Assembly (NCBI GenBank): GCA_963845565.1
Contig: CAWJSJ010000001.1
Span: forward strand, 288,001 to 352,000
DNA length: 64,000 bases
Direction: 5' to 3'
Source: an uncultured Methylomirabilota bacterium
GTDB taxonomy: Bacteria; Methylomirabilota; Methylomirabilia; Methylomirabilales; 2-02-FULL-66-22
Of the stretch, positions 32,808 to 45,516 are shown one piece after another (the first letter of the stretch is position 1; every line of letters starts with the position of its first letter). The notes under the pieces are model-generated. The model searched no databases. It was not told the DNA's origin and worked only from the letters and a program-made list of their open reading frames with translations. Position numbers and translations under genes: made by a program.

Positions 32808-33183
32808 GTCAACTCCTTCAAAGCGGATTCTGCTGACACCCATTCCGGCCGAGGCTCGGTGGCATCTGAACTGTCGCCGCGCCACGGCCCGCGCGGGGAG
32901 CTCCAGGATGGTCCAAAGCGTGCCGCACCTCGCCTCCGAGTGTCAAGGGGAATCACTCCCGGGGTTTCGCTGGGTGAACCGATCGATGCCCTTTTGGGGA
33001 GCCTCGTGCCGAGCGTGGACGTTTTCCCGTAGGCGCAGGAGGCCGACACCGGCGGCGCGAGCGCTCCTTGCCGTACCGTCTTCGTGTGTCGGCCGCCGCT
33101 GGCGTGCTCGACCTCACACTACTCCCCTCGAGTCCCACGTGAAGACGCTCGGGTCCCAATGCGCTCGCCGAAGACTGCTTCGC

Positions 33184-33334
33184 CTCCGACCGGTCGGAGC
33201 CTCTCCGATATTTCGGGCGTTTCCCGTCGGCGTCCCCGCTAGGATCCCCTTGCAGTTTCCACTTCAACCACTCGATTACACAGGGCTGATAACCATTCGA
33301 GTTCATCGAAGCGTGGTCTGGATCTGTTGTTGCA
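33184..33334 (+). promoter_or_regulatory. Sigma-54 promoter unit P5
   Basis: CTCCGAccggTCGGAG-cct-CTCCGAtattTCGG at 33184; IHF-like CAAccacTCGATT 33265-33277; TGGatctgttgttGCA 33319-33334, identical to P2. Confidence 0.85.
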
Positions 33335-33444
33335 TATACTCCTGAAAGGCATATGCACAGGTTGGATGAATAGCGGCTGATCTGGTCCGTGGATGCGCCA
33401 TTTGACCGGCCTCAGGCGCCCATTCCGGAAGGAGGATGCACAGA

Positions 33445-33720
33445 ATGGCGACGATTGTGGAGTACTCCGACCGGAAGCCGCCCGTGAATCGGTACCCCCA
33501 CCGCATCATCTCGCCTCCGCGGGCGGGCGCCTGTTGCTTCTCCGACATGGAAGAGGTCGGGAACCCCCAACAGGATGACCGCTGGATGTTCCAGTACCGG
33601 CGCTGTCGCCAGTGTGGCTTTGCCGTCCGGGTGATCCTCCGCGAACTCCCGGACACGGCCCTGGTGGCCAGCCTGCGCAAAGAGCTGGCTCACTCATTCG
33701 TGCGGAACGTCCCGGAGTGA
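33445..33720 (+). CDS. Small Cys-containing (CC...CxxC) hypothetical protein
   Basis: AAGGAGG RBS; GACCFSDM...RRCRQCGF. Confidence 0.7.
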   Translation: MATIVEYSDRKPPVNRYPHRIISPPRAGACCFSDMEEVGNPQQDDRWMFQYRRCRQCGFAVRVILRELPDTALVASLRKELAHSFVRNVPE

Positions 33721-33790
33721 CGCCCTGGCCCCCACGAGCGTCCGAGGGGTGGGGCGCAAAACTCCCGGGAGTTGCGGAAAGCGAGCGACG

Positions 33791-33991
33791 ATGGACGAGG
33801 AACGGGTGTGTTACCCGTACGAGCGCTATACGATCACGACGCTTCAGGACGAGGGCCAATGGTGGGCCAGGGCCCGCGTGGCGCTGAAGCAGGCCGGGGG
33901 CGATCGCGCGGTGCTGGGCGGTCCCTGGAAGAGTCGGTTGGACGCGAAAGCCGCCGCGGAAGCGTTCTGCGACAGCAAGAAGGCAGGGTAG
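33791..33991 (+). CDS. Small hypothetical protein (66 aa)
   Basis: Protein-like composition; stop overlaps the next GTG. Confidence 0.55.
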   Translation: MDEERVCYPYERYTITTLQDEGQWWARARVALKQAGGDRAVLGGPWKSRLDAKAAAEAFCDSKKAG

Positions 33992-34464
33992 TGCGACCGC
34001 CGTGGTGGCACCAGTGGTTCGGGAGCCGCGTTGCGGACAACGTAGACGCCTTGCAGAGGCTCTTGACCAAGATCTGTCGGCAAGAAACGGCGCTGGCCTG
34101 GCATCTGGCCGACCGGGCGCGCGCTGTGCGCTTCACCCCCCACCGGCTGAGCCTGGAGGGGTTGGCTGCGCGGGAGCGCCAGAACGCCCATGCGATGGCA
34201 CGCGAGATCGGGGGCGAGGCCACCCTGGCGCCGACTGCATCGCCCGCGCATCGCCCCGGATCGCTGACGGCCACCAAGCTCATCCAGGACTTGGTAGAGG
34301 TCGAAGACCTGTACACCCTGTACCGGCAGGCGCGTTGGCTGACGCCGGACACGATTCTCCGCGATACGCTGGAGGGGATGGCCGCGGAGGCGGATCACAG
34401 CTCGCAGACCATCCGCAGAATCCTTGGCACCATGGACAGCTACGTGACGGACCGTCCGGCATGA
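33991..34464 (+). CDS. Helical protein, possibly ferritin-like
   Basis: Four-helix pattern with ERQNAH and EADHS; GTG coupled to the upstream stop. Confidence 0.5.
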   Translation: MRPPWWHQWFGSRVADNVDALQRLLTKICRQETALAWHLADRARAVRFTPHRLSLEGLAARERQNAHAMAREIGGEATLAPTASPAHRPGSLTATKLIQDLVEVEDLYTLYRQARWLTPDTILRDTLEGMAAEADHSSQTIRRILGTMDSYVTDRPA

Positions 34465-34572
34465 GAAGGATCCGCTGGGCGACCTGAAGTAACCGTTCGC
34501 TTGGGGGCACGCGGCAGGAAGGCGCAGGCCCCTGAACGAATCAAGCGGTATCCCGGGAAGGAGGTACGCACC

Positions 34573-34836
34573 ATGGCCACGAAACAGCAACGCCCCACGG
34601 AAGAGGCCCGTCGGGGGCTCCAGCGCGGTAAGGACACGCGGGCCAACGCCGCGCAGGTGACCGCGGGCATCACGGAGGGGGACGTCGCGCGGCATAAGGA
34701 GTTCGATGCCCTCAGCGTCCCCAAGGGTGGTCGGATGGTGCGGAAGATGGCCGTGCCGGCGCGGCGGTACTGGCCAAGCGCGAACTCTCAACGCGCGCCC
34801 AGCCGACCTATGGGGACCAAGAAATCGCCCAGGTAA
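34573..34836 (+). CDS. Small basic hypothetical protein
   Basis: AAGGAGG RBS before ATG 34573. Confidence 0.55.
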   Translation: MATKQQRPTEEARRGLQRGKDTRANAAQVTAGITEGDVARHKEFDALSVPKGGRMVRKMAVPARRYWPSANSQRAPSRPMGTKKSPR

Positions 34837-34908
34837 CGACACTCGGCACACGGGTGCCGCAACGGATTCAACGATCGGCCTCTCCACTGCCGAAAGGAGC
34901 GAAGCGCG

Positions 34909-35199
34909 ATGAAGAAATTCAAGCCGTTGCAGGACCGGATCCTGGTCAAGCGCCTGGAGGAGAAAGAGACCAAGAAGGGCGGCATCATCATCCCGGATAC
35001 CGCCAAGGAGAAGCCGCAGGAAGGCGAAGTCATCGCCGTGGGCCCGGGCAAGGTGACGGACGACGGGAAGTTGCAGCCGATGGGGGTGAAGGTGGGCGAC
35101 AAGATCCTCTTCGGGAAGTACTCGGGGAGCGAAGTGAAGCTGGACGATGCGGAGTACCTGATCATGCGCGAGGAGGACGTCCTCGGCATTCTGCAGTAA
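34909..35199 (+). CDS. groES: Co-chaperonin GroES
   Basis: [34 protein letters not shown]. Confidence 0.98.
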   Translation: MKKFKPLQDRILVKRLEEKETKKGGIIIPDTAKEKPQEGEVIAVGPGKVTDDGKLQPMGVKVGDKILFGKYSGSEVKLDDAEYLIMREEDVLGILQ

Positions 35200-36894
<1,695 letters not shown>

Positions 36895-36897
<3 letters not shown>

Positions 36898-36999
36898 GCC
36901 GTTGTCAAAGAATTAGTTGAGCGGAGACATTCCGAAACGGCATAAGGAGCCGTAACGAAATAGAAAGAGATGTGTAGGTTATTTCGTAACGGCTCCTAA
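36895..36999. repeat. 105-bp composite hairpin repeat, copy 1
   Basis: Starts at the groEL TAA; differs from 37450-37554 at one base. Confidence 0.95.
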
Positions 37000-37027
37000 G
37001 CGGTCGCAGGAGAGATCCTCCTGCGTT

Positions 37028-37067
37028 CGGCTTGGCATCCCGGCGAATCTTCCGGGATGCCAAGCCG
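37028..37067. other. Perfect 16-bp inverted repeat
   Basis: CGGCTTGGCATCCCGG-N8-CCGGGATGCCAAGCCG. Confidence 0.8.
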
Positions 37068-37125
37068 CATCCCATCGGGAGACGCGATTTTGCCCGATGG
37101 GCACTCCGAGCGAACGAGGTCGAAA

Positions 37126-37452
37126 ATGACCATGGTCATTTCCACCCTGCGGATTGTGACGGCGCCCCGATCCCGGGCCGAGGTCCTTCGGGCGCTCGCC
37201 GCGCAATTGGGGCCGACGCGTGTGCAGCCGGGCTGCCTTCGGTGTGATCTCTATCGCGATTTCGAGAATCAGGGGGCGATCACGCTGGTGGAGGAGTGGG
37301 AATCCCAAGCCGATCTGGATCTTCGCTTAAACTCCGAGGAATACCGCACCGTGCTGGCGGCGATGGAGCTAGCGCATGAGCAACCCGTGATTCATTTCGA
37401 CACGGTCACCAGACGCGGAGGCTTGGAGGTCGTCGTTGCAGCGAGGGCGTAA
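37126..37452 (+). CDS. ABM-domain (antibiotic biosynthesis monooxygenase family) protein
   Basis: TRVQPGCLRCDLYRD, LVEEWESQADL. Confidence 0.85.
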   Translation: MTMVISTLRIVTAPRSRAEVLRALAAQLGPTRVQPGCLRCDLYRDFENQGAITLVEEWESQADLDLRLNSEEYRTVLAAMELAHEQPVIHFDTVTRRGGLEVVVAARA

Positions 37453-37554
37453 GCCGTTGTCAAAGAATTAGTTGAGCGGAGACATTCCGAAACGGCATAA
37501 GGAGCCGTAACGAAATAGAAAGAGATGTATAGGTTATTTCGTAACGGCTCCTAA
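37450..37554. repeat. 105-bp composite hairpin repeat, copy 2
   Basis: Starts at the TAA of the ABM gene. Confidence 0.95.
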
Positions 37555-37689
37555 CCGCGTTCCGTAAATACCCCATCCGCTAGCCGGCGGCGCATAAACC
37601 GAGGGGTCGGAGTGCCACCCTCTGGCCGTGTGGTTGTCTTCGGTACGCATGGTGTCGCGCAGCGCCAGGATCAGAGCTGAGGTAACTAC

Positions 37690-37860
37690 ATGGCAACGAT
37701 AATCATCCATTGGAAGGATAAGACCATCCCGCCTATGGAAATCAAAGATGCCGCCTATAAGGGTGCAGATAGTTCGATCATAAAAATAACATCTGCCGGG
37801 AAAGAGTACTGGTTCAACTGGACCGAATGCTGGTTCTTAGAGACTACTGGAACAAAGTAA
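37690..37860 (+). CDS. 56-aa hypothetical protein, AT-rich
   Basis: GAGGT RBS; MATIIIHWKDKTIPPMEIKDAAYKGADSSIIKITSAGKEYWFNWTECWFLETTGTK. Confidence 0.6.
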   Translation: MATIIIHWKDKTIPPMEIKDAAYKGADSSIIKITSAGKEYWFNWTECWFLETTGTK

Positions 37861-37891
37861 TCGCCGCGCCACATGGAAAGTAGGAAGGGCC

Positions 37892-38047
37892 ATGTCGATC
37901 ATCACCATTCTGTTGTTGTTGGCGATTGCGGCGTCCGTCTGCCTTGTCGGCCATGTGCTGCGGAGGGACGCGTTCCCGCTCTGGGTTCCGGTGGCTCTCC
38001 TGTGTCTCATAGAGCTGCTGCGCACGCTCCCCCTGGGACGCTACTGA
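37892..38047 (+). CDS. 51-aa two-TM membrane protein
   Basis: AGGAAGG RBS; MSIITILLLLAIAASVCLVGHVLRRDAFPLWVPVALLCLIELLRTLPLGRY. Confidence 0.6.
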   Translation: MSIITILLLLAIAASVCLVGHVLRRDAFPLWVPVALLCLIELLRTLPLGRY

Positions 38048-38210
38048 GCACACGTCAGCGCGTCGTGTGTCTTCTTTGGTGAAGAGCGTCCAGGGCAGGC
38101 AGTGGATGGAAGTGCCACAACCAAGAGGGCCGCAAAGAGGAAGGTATGCAGCGCGACGCTCACCGGTCCTGCTGTCCGTCGACAGGGTGATCGTCTCGAA
38201 AGGAGGAACA

Positions 38211-38717
38211 ATGGCGACAACGGTTCGGCAGCGGGCCAAGGGGAAGGCCACCAAGTGGACGGGGTATCACCGGATCCTGTGGCCCACGGATTTCTCTCCG
38301 CTGGCGAAGGCGGCCCTTCCGCATGCGGTGGGGTTGGCGGGGGATGCGGGCGCGGAACTCATGGTGCTCCACGTGCTGCCGTCGCTCGCGGCGTATGCCG
38401 TGCCCGATCTCTCGGGCGCCCTCTCGGTTTCTCTCCAGCGAAAGACCCGGGACGCCGCCCAGAAGGAGCTTCACCGGCTCGAAACACAGGTCAAGGCATC
38501 CAACATTCGAGTGCAGACGATCTTGGCGGAGGGGGTCCCGTTCTTCCAGATCCTGCGAGCCGCCAAGCAGCTCCGGTGCGATCTGATCGTTCTGGCGACG
38601 CATGGGCGGACCGGGCTCGTACACGCCATTATGGGCAGCGTCGCAGAGAACGTGATCCGCCGCGCGCCCTGCGCGGTTCTCACCATACGTCCGCTGCGAT
38701 TCCGGCGCGCCTTGTAA
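38211..38717 (+). CDS. Universal stress protein
   Basis: RILWPTDFS, DLIVLATHGRTG...GSVAENVIRRAPCAVLTIR. Confidence 0.95.
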   Translation: MATTVRQRAKGKATKWTGYHRILWPTDFSPLAKAALPHAVGLAGDAGAELMVLHVLPSLAAYAVPDLSGALSVSLQRKTRDAAQKELHRLETQVKASNIRVQTILAEGVPFFQILRAAKQLRCDLIVLATHGRTGLVHAIMGSVAENVIRRAPCAVLTIRPLRFRRAL

Positions 38718-38934
38718 CGAGACCCCGGCGCTGCCTACCTGCCTCCGAGACCGCGTCCCTGCGGGGGCAGCGCCGTCTCCGCTTTCTTCGACGGGATTCT
38801 CCGCACTGAGTCCCAAAATCCTCCGAGACGGGCGGGCATCTCGAGCGGCAAATGCGACAAGGTGTCGCCAGGAAGTTGCATCCGTCGAATGCGGTCATCG
38901 GTGGCGCGCTCTTTGCGACGGCATCGTCACGCCA

Positions 38935-41344
38935 TCACGCGTCAGTCACCCGCTTCTGCTTGAACAACTTCACCCACTCAAACCAGAGAATGCTGACAAG
39001 GCCTCCCGCCAAGCAGATCGCTATGTCACCGGGGTGCAAGGTTGAAAAGTGAAACAAGTCACGCAAGAACGGAACGTATAGCACCAGACCGAGGAAGACC
39101 AGCGTGCCTCCAAGAACGAACCAGAGGGCCGGATTCGGAGTCCGCAGGGTGGACCAGATGGTGCGGGACCACGAGCGGTTGGCAAAGATCAGGCCCAAGT
39201 TGGCAACGACGAGCGTAGTGAAACTCAGTGCCGTGGCGTCCAGGGCGTCTCGCCAGCCTAACAGCGCGGACAGATACACTGCCATGACGATCAGCAGTAC
39301 GCTCGCACCTTGCAGCAGTCCCAGGCCAAGAAGCCGCCTGCCGAAGAGGGATTCCTTGGCGTTCCGCGGCGGTCGGCGCATCACGTCGGCTTCTTCCGGT
39401 TCGGCTTCAAACACGATGGAACAGGCGGGGTCGATCACGAGCTCAAGAAACAGGATATGCACCGGCAGAAGGGCCAGGGGCCAGCCGAACAGTACCGGGA
39501 TCAACGACATCCCGGCAATCGGCACATGGACCGCCACGATGTACGTCATCGCTTTTTGTAGGTGGTCGAATATCCGCCGACCCATGCGGACAGACCGGAC
39601 AATGGATGCGAAGTCGTCATCCAGGAGCACCAGGGAGGCGGCTTCACGGGCCACGTCCGTTCCTCGACCGCCCATCGCAATGCCGATGTGGGCCGCGTTC
39701 AGTGCGGGCGCGTCGTTCACTCCGTCGCCCGTCATGGCAACGACTTCGCCGACGGCTTTCAGGGCGTTCACCAGCCGCAACTTCTGCTCCGGAACCATCC
39801 GAGCAAAGACGTTACTCGTTCGCACGCGCTGTTGCAGTTCACGATCTTCGATCGCGTCCAGTTCGGGGCCGGTGATGATCTGCAGTGAGTGGTGTGATGC
39901 CCGCTTGACGAGCGATGCTCTGTGCCGTCGTCGGGTGATCGCCGGTAATCATGATCACCCGGATGCCTGCCGTGTAACACTCCTGCACGGCAGCGGGAAC
40001 CGTCGGGCGTACTGGGTCGGCCAAACCGACGAGGCCCAAGAACTCAAACGTGAAGTCGTGTTGCGCGCCCGGCAGATCCGCTTGCTTGAACACTCCCCGG
40101 GCGACCCCCAGCACTCGAAGTCCCTCCTGGGCCATCGTTGTCACTGTTTCGCGAAAGCGCCTGTGTTCGTTCGGGATTCAGATGGCACAGGTCTGCAACG
40201 GCCTCCGGCGCGCCTTTTGCCGCCAGAACGTAATCCCGACCGGTGGGCGACTTCCAAACGTGCGACATCGCGAGAAGCTCGGGAGACAAGGGGTATCCTC
40301 GTTCCAGCGTCCAGTCAGCGTGCAGGTGTTCGGTATGCGCGAGACGAGCATTGCCGAGGTCGTGGAACGCTTTCTCCATCGGGTCGAACGGGTCACGCTG
40401 ACTCGCCATGATGCCGAACTCGACGACCTCGTGGTAGGCCTCTGGCAACGGCTGCGCGGTGTGTTGCTCCACCTCAAGAGCCGCTCCGTCCACGACCACC
40501 TTGCGGATTGACATGCGGTTGACGGTAAGCGTGCCGGTCTTGTCCACACAGAGGACGGTGGCCGAGCCGAGCGTTTCGATCACCGGCACGCGACGAGCAG
40601 TACGTTCATTTTCGCCAAGCGCCAAGCACCCAGGGCGAGGAAGATGGTCAGGACGACGGGAAATTCTTCGGGTATCATCGCCATCGCCAAGGTGATCCCG
40701 GCCAGAAAACCGTTGAGCCAATCAGCACGAGTCAGACCGTAGAGAACGACCACGATGGCACACAAAGACAATCCGAGGACGGCCACCCGCCGCACGAGCC
40801 GTCCGACTTCCAGCTGTAACTGTGTGCCTTCAGGTTGCACCGTCTGCAGCGCCTTGCCAATGTTGCCCATTTCGGTCTGGATGCCGGTGGCCCGCACTCG
40901 AGCGATGCCCTGGCCCTGAACCACCAGCGTCCCGGAAAACACGAAGGGGAGATCGTCACCACCCGGATGGCTCATCTCCCGCACGCCGTCCCAGGCGACT
41001 TTTCTGACCGGCACGGATTCCCCGGTCAGCAGAGACTCATCGGTGGAAAGGCCATTGCACGAAATGACAACGGAATCTGCGGGAACCCGGTCGCCTTCAA
41101 CCAGAACGAGAATGTCGTCCGGGACGACATCCCGGCCGGCAATTCGCTTCCGTTCCCCGCCTCGAATAACGAGCGCCCGAGGACTGGAGAGGTCACGCAG
41201 GGCCTCCAGCGCCCGCTCCGTCTTTCGTTCTTGGTAGAGAGTGATTCCCAGCACCACGAAGACAAACCCGAGGAGCATTAAGGCTTCTTGCACGTCGCCC
41301 AGAAACAGGTAGACCGCACCGCAAGCCAGCAGCAGAAGAAACAT
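38935..41344 (-). pseudogene. Cation-transporting P-type ATPase (type II-like); N-terminally truncated, split over four ORFs
   Basis: [41 protein letters not shown] in successive frames; begins at the first TM helix. Confidence 0.8.
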
Positions 41345-41454
41345 CCTGCCTCCTCCGAGACCGCGTCCTGTTGGCGCAGTGCGGGGCCGTATTCACCCTG
41401 AACGCCGCGATACCCCGCTCCCAACGACATCCCCATGCGTGATCCGCGCCCCGC

Positions 41455-42651
41455 TCAGAAATGGAGGTGCACGCCCAAGCCGATGTACTCGATCTTCTGA
41501 TTATAGAACTGCCCGTCCGGGGAATAGCCATTGAAGTATTGCACCAGGACTTGCAGGTTGCGGCCGACGATCTGCAGGCTCTCGAACTGAACGCCCGCGC
41601 GCGCCGACAGGTCGGTTCGCCACCCATTCTCCTGGTGGTTCTGCACATCGACGGCGGCGACCGGTCGGATCCGCTCCCCCCAGAAGGTCAGGGGACTCCG
41701 GAACTCCACACCGGCTTGGGTGGCCCACGGCTTCAGGTCTGACGGGTCGCTCGCGACCAGCCCGCTGCCGCCGCCGTACACGCGGAACCCCAGGGGGAAA
41801 TCGTACGACACGAGGAGCCCCACACCCTCGTAGCTGAGGTTGACGCGCGCGACCTGGGTCCGGAGGAGAAACTCGTCACCCAGGTGCGAGCTCTGGTGAA
41901 AGAGGCGTCCGAGCACCGAAACATTCCCCGTCCGGTAGGCGGCCAGGGCGGCCACATAATAGTCCGCGTTGACGAGGTCCATCGACTCGGCGTCCAGATC
42001 GAAGATCGTAAACACCCCTGCCTGGATGCCAAACTCCAACCGCCCCGAACCCGGCGCGGCCATCCGGTAGATGGGAATGGTTTCCCCGAAGGTCGCGGCG
42101 GCCACGTTGCGCAGGGTCGTGTCGTTCGGGTAGTACTGGTAGCTGGCGGAGAAATGGGGCCACCGCGGATCGGCGAGGAGCGGGCCGAAGAGGCGGCCCT
42201 CCGGCAGCCAGCCGACCGGCAAGGGGTCCGCTGGGGACCCGCCGCGCCCCGACCCCCCCGCGCCGGCCGGGGATTGCCCGGCGATGTCGGCCGCCGTGGC
42301 CTTGGCACCGGTCGCGGCGTCTCCGACCACGACGTACAGGACCCCTGGGATGCGCGAGAGGCTCTGTACCACCTTCTCGCGATCGGCGCCGGAAAGATCC
42401 TCCGCGGTCAGGGTGACGCGGCCCTCCGTGACGCGCAGGGACGGGGCCCGCACATTGAATTCCCTCTCCAGCACGGCGGTCGCATATCCCGCGACAAAGG
42501 CGTCATCGGACGCCGCCGCCCAGCCATCCGACGCCGGGGATGCCAGCAAGAACAGCCCGAGCACGAATGTGCAGAACGTCGCCGACCATCGCACGCGCAT
42601 GAGCTGCAGGGGAATGATTCCACACGCACCGAGCCACCTCTCGCTTCTCAT
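41455..42651 (-). CDS. DUF1207-like outer-membrane/secreted protein
   Basis: Signal peptide; FGPLLADPRWPHFS, DLVNADY, HQSSHLGDEF, RVNLSYE, C-terminal LHF. Confidence 0.75.
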   Translation of the reverse strand: MRSERWLGACGIIPLQLMRVRWSATFCTFVLGLFLLASPASDGWAAASDDAFVAGYATAVLEREFNVRAPSLRVTEGRVTLTAEDLSGADREKVVQSLSRIPGVLYVVVGDAATGAKATAADIAGQSPAGAGGSGRGGSPADPLPVGWLPEGRLFGPLLADPRWPHFSASYQYYPNDTTLRNVAAATFGETIPIYRMAAPGSGRLEFGIQAGVFTIFDLDAESMDLVNADYYVAALAAYRTGNVSVLGRLFHQSSHLGDEFLLRTQVARVNLSYEGVGLLVSYDFPLGFRVYGGGSGLVASDPSDLKPWATQAGVEFRSPLTFWGERIRPVAAVDVQNHQENGWRTDLSARAGVQFESLQIVGRNLQVLVQYFNGYSPDGQFYNQKIEYIGLGVHLHF

Positions 42652-42820
42652 GGATACTTCCCTCCGTTTCGCGTTTGCTTCCAATGAAAGATCAAACAGC
42701 CGAAGGGCTGGGTCGCCACGAAAAGGACTGCGTAGGCTTCTGGGTCGGCGTTCACGCAGTCGGAGACCTTTGTGCGACAGCACGTGACTTCCGAAAAAGC
42801 TCCAGGGACACTCTTTCTTC

Positions 42821-42971
42821 TGCAACAAAAGATCCAGACGGCCCGTCGTGGAGCAGACTTGGTATGCATCCTTTAAAACCAACTGGTTAGCGAAGATATC
42901 TAGACAAACATTGCATTGTTTGGATCGGAAGGAACCGCACGAGATATCGGAGGGGCTCCGAGATTCTGGAG
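42821..42971 (-). promoter_or_regulatory. Sigma-54 promoter unit P6
   Basis: Minus-strand CTCCAGaatcTCGGAG-ccc-CTCCGAtatcTCGTG from 42971; IHF-like AACCAActggTTA 42877-42889; minus-strand TGGatcttttgttGCA 42836-42821. Confidence 0.85.
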
Positions 42972-43030
42972 GCGGGGACGCTGGGGCCCGAGCACTGCCT
43001 GGCAGAACCCTGCGGAGTGTCTGCCGGAAA

Positions 43031-43567
43031 TCAGCGGGCCAGGTGCTGGGTGTCCGAGCAGGCGTCCAGGACGAAGAAGCGCTGGGTCTGCTGGGCCATC
43101 AGGACTGGCCCGTCCCAGTCCAGGGCCGCAAGCCTGGGGCTGTGGCCGCGATCTTGGTACTGGTACTCGTAGTACAGGTCAAACCGGGCCTCGCCGCCGG
43201 TCGTGCGAAGGTCGATCTGAAACCTCGTGTACATGTTGGTCGCCAGCTGGACGGCCGCCGACTTGACCTGCTCGCTCGCGAGGGTTCGTCCCGCCGCATC
43301 CACCGCCACCAGATCCCACGCGAGGTACTGCACAGGCTGGCTGCTCCATTGGTTCGCGACTATGCCCTCCAGCCGCATCAGGTTGGGCTCGGGCCGCGTG
43401 CAGCTCCAATACTGCCGGATGGCTCCCGTGGCGACGGTGTGCTTGAACTCTGATGGCGGCCACGGGATGTTGCCCAGCATGGCCGCGGGAGGCGGTCCGC
43501 CCGCCACGCAGCCCGACAACGCGGTCCCAAGGAGCACAAGGAGGGTGCCCAGCATTGCTCGCTTCAT
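43031..43567 (-). CDS. Hypothetical lipoprotein
   Basis: MKRAMLGTLLVLLGTALSGC lipobox. Confidence 0.75.
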   Translation of the reverse strand: MKRAMLGTLLVLLGTALSGCVAGGPPPAAMLGNIPWPPSEFKHTVATGAIRQYWSCTRPEPNLMRLEGIVANQWSSQPVQYLAWDLVAVDAAGRTLASEQVKSAAVQLATNMYTRFQIDLRTTGGEARFDLYYEYQYQDRGHSPRLAALDWDGPVLMAQQTQRFFVLDACSDTQHLAR

Positions 43568-44239
43568 CGCTCTCACCTCACAGGCGGTCACCCCGCCTCC
43601 GCCGGCAGCACGTGCGCGGCCGCATTGCCACCTCTGCTTTCACCCTGCCAGGACGCGGCGATCGCGTGCGCTCCCGTTGCGCCTCGTCACCGTCTAAAAC
43701 CTAGCACGTGAACCGGCCGTTGGCAACGGGGCCATGGTCGACTCGGCTCGGCACGCGCCCAGGGTTGCCGTCACATGGGCCTCACTTTTCGAGCTGCTCT
43801 GCTAGACGACCTGCGTCACGCTGCCCCCAAACCTCCGGCTAACGCCAGGGCGGCCTTCGTGCGAGTGGACGCGGCCGGGGCCGGACCGGCCCCTCCGGCC
43901 GCCTGGCGCCGCGTCGAGAACCGCCCGGCCTTGCGCCGGGTCGCCCCGCCCGGGGCGGGGCTCCGGACCGGCGCCGGCGGGCGGGCGCAGCGGCGTCGGG
44001 GCCGGCCCGGCCCCCGGCCTCCGCGGTGTCACCCAGTGGGTGCACCCTCCCTGCGCGCGCTAGCCGGAGAACAGGGCTGCCGGCCTGTTCTTGTTCCACG
44101 GGGAGCGGTGTGGTAGCGTCCCGGCAATCGCAAAGGCGGAGTGCCGGCGGAGGCGATCGAGTGGTCCTCGCGGAGGGTGATCCCCGGCGGCCACGGCCTC
44201 CGATCGTCAGGAGAAAACCGGGCAGGGGAGGCGGGCCGT

Positions 44240-45271
44240 ATGGTGTTTGTCCTGGTCGTCTTCAGCGTCTATCTGGTGATGAACTGGTATGTCCTGGCGC
44301 GGCTGTGCCACCTGTTCGCGATTCGCAAGACGGTCTGGTTTTATCTCGCGCTCATCCCCCTGACCCTGTCGTTCATCGTGGCGCTCGCCCTGGAGTCACG
44401 ATTCGGGACCCAGGTCACCGGCAGCCTGTTTGTCCTGGCGATGCTGTGGCTGGGCCTGTGCGGCCAGCTCCTCTGGATCTTGCTGGTCCAGCAACTCCTG
44501 GCGCTGGTCATCCCGCTGCCGCGGCGGTTATGGGCGATCGGCACGTGCGGCCTCGCGTGCGGCCTCGCGCTGTATGCGGTTGTCAATGCCCGCACGATCA
44601 CCGTCCGCCACGAACAGATCCCGCGTCTTCCCCTCAGGATCGCGCACCTGTCGGATATTCACATCGGCTCGATCGGACCGTCGAGGCTCGCCGACATCGT
44701 CGCCAAGACGAATGACCTCAAGCCCGATCTCATTCTCATCACCGGCGACCTGTTCGATAACGCCAACCCCGCCACTCGCGCAAGCGCGGCGCTCCTGGCG
44801 AGGTTCGCCGCCCCGGTGCTGTTCACCTCCGGCAATCATGAAGCCTATACGGGATATGATAACGTGCGGCAAATGCTGGCGGCCACACAGATCCGCTGGC
44901 TGCGCAATGAGGCAGTGGAGGTCAACGGGGTCCGGATCATCGGCATCGAGGACAGCTACGGCACGGAGCTGCTGCAGTCGGTGCTCAGCCGGACGCCCCC
45001 GTCACCGGCGTATACGATTCTCATGCATCACCAGCCCACCGGGTTCGCCGTCGCCGCCGCGCGCGGCATCGGCCTGACGCTCTCCGGCCACGTGCATAAC
45101 GGCCAGATCTGGCCGTTCAACTACATCGTGGGATTGTTCTATCCGTATCTCAAGGGTCTCCACGCCAATGGGAGCGCGTTGCTGAATGTCTCGACCGGCA
45201 CGGGCACCTGGGGCCCGCCGATGCGCCTTGGCTCCCGCAGTGAGATCGTCGTGCTGGAGCCGATACGCTGA
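44240..45271 (+). CDS. Membrane-bound calcineurin-like metallophosphoesterase
   Basis: DIH, TGD, GNHE, HHQP, SGHVHNGQ; N-terminal TM helices. Confidence 0.9.
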   Translation: MVFVLVVFSVYLVMNWYVLARLCHLFAIRKTVWFYLALIPLTLSFIVALALESRFGTQVTGSLFVLAMLWLGLCGQLLWILLVQQLLALVIPLPRRLWAIGTCGLACGLALYAVVNARTITVRHEQIPRLPLRIAHLSDIHIGSIGPSRLADIVAKTNDLKPDLILITGDLFDNANPATRASAALLARFAAPVLFTSGNHEAYTGYDNVRQMLAATQIRWLRNEAVEVNGVRIIGIEDSYGTELLQSVLSRTPPSPAYTILMHHQPTGFAVAAARGIGLTLSGHVHNGQIWPFNYIVGLFYPYLKGLHANGSALLNVSTGTGTWGPPMRLGSRSEIVVLEPIR

Positions 45272-45422
45272 CGCTCCACCCGCGTTGCGAGCTGGGATCT
45301 CGATCGGGGGGAGAGCCATGTCTTGACCTGGGCGTTGCACCACCCCGGGTACGAGGCCGTTCCCGACGATCTCGCCGCCCGGACGTAAGGCGCGGGCCCC
45401 TCGATGCCAGTCCATGGCACAC

Positions 45423-45446
45423 AAGGATTCGTGAATAATCCGGGCT
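45423..45446. repeat. Half copy of repeat family R1
   Basis: AAGGATTCGTGAATAATCCGGGCT identical to 21361-21384. Confidence 0.75.
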
Positions 45447-45516
45447 AGGCGCTCCCCCGCCGATCCATGAGACCTCGCGGCGTGACGCGTTCTTTCGCTC
45501 TGAGCGGTGTGCGCCC

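Noticed and set aside
34837..34908. CIRCE element before groES
   Set aside because: No TTAGCACTC-N9-GAGTGCTAA; only a short GGCAC/GTGCC palindrome
38821..38880. Regulon promoter after USP
   Set aside because: Half-site only, -24 position reads CG, wrong spacing and no downstream gene
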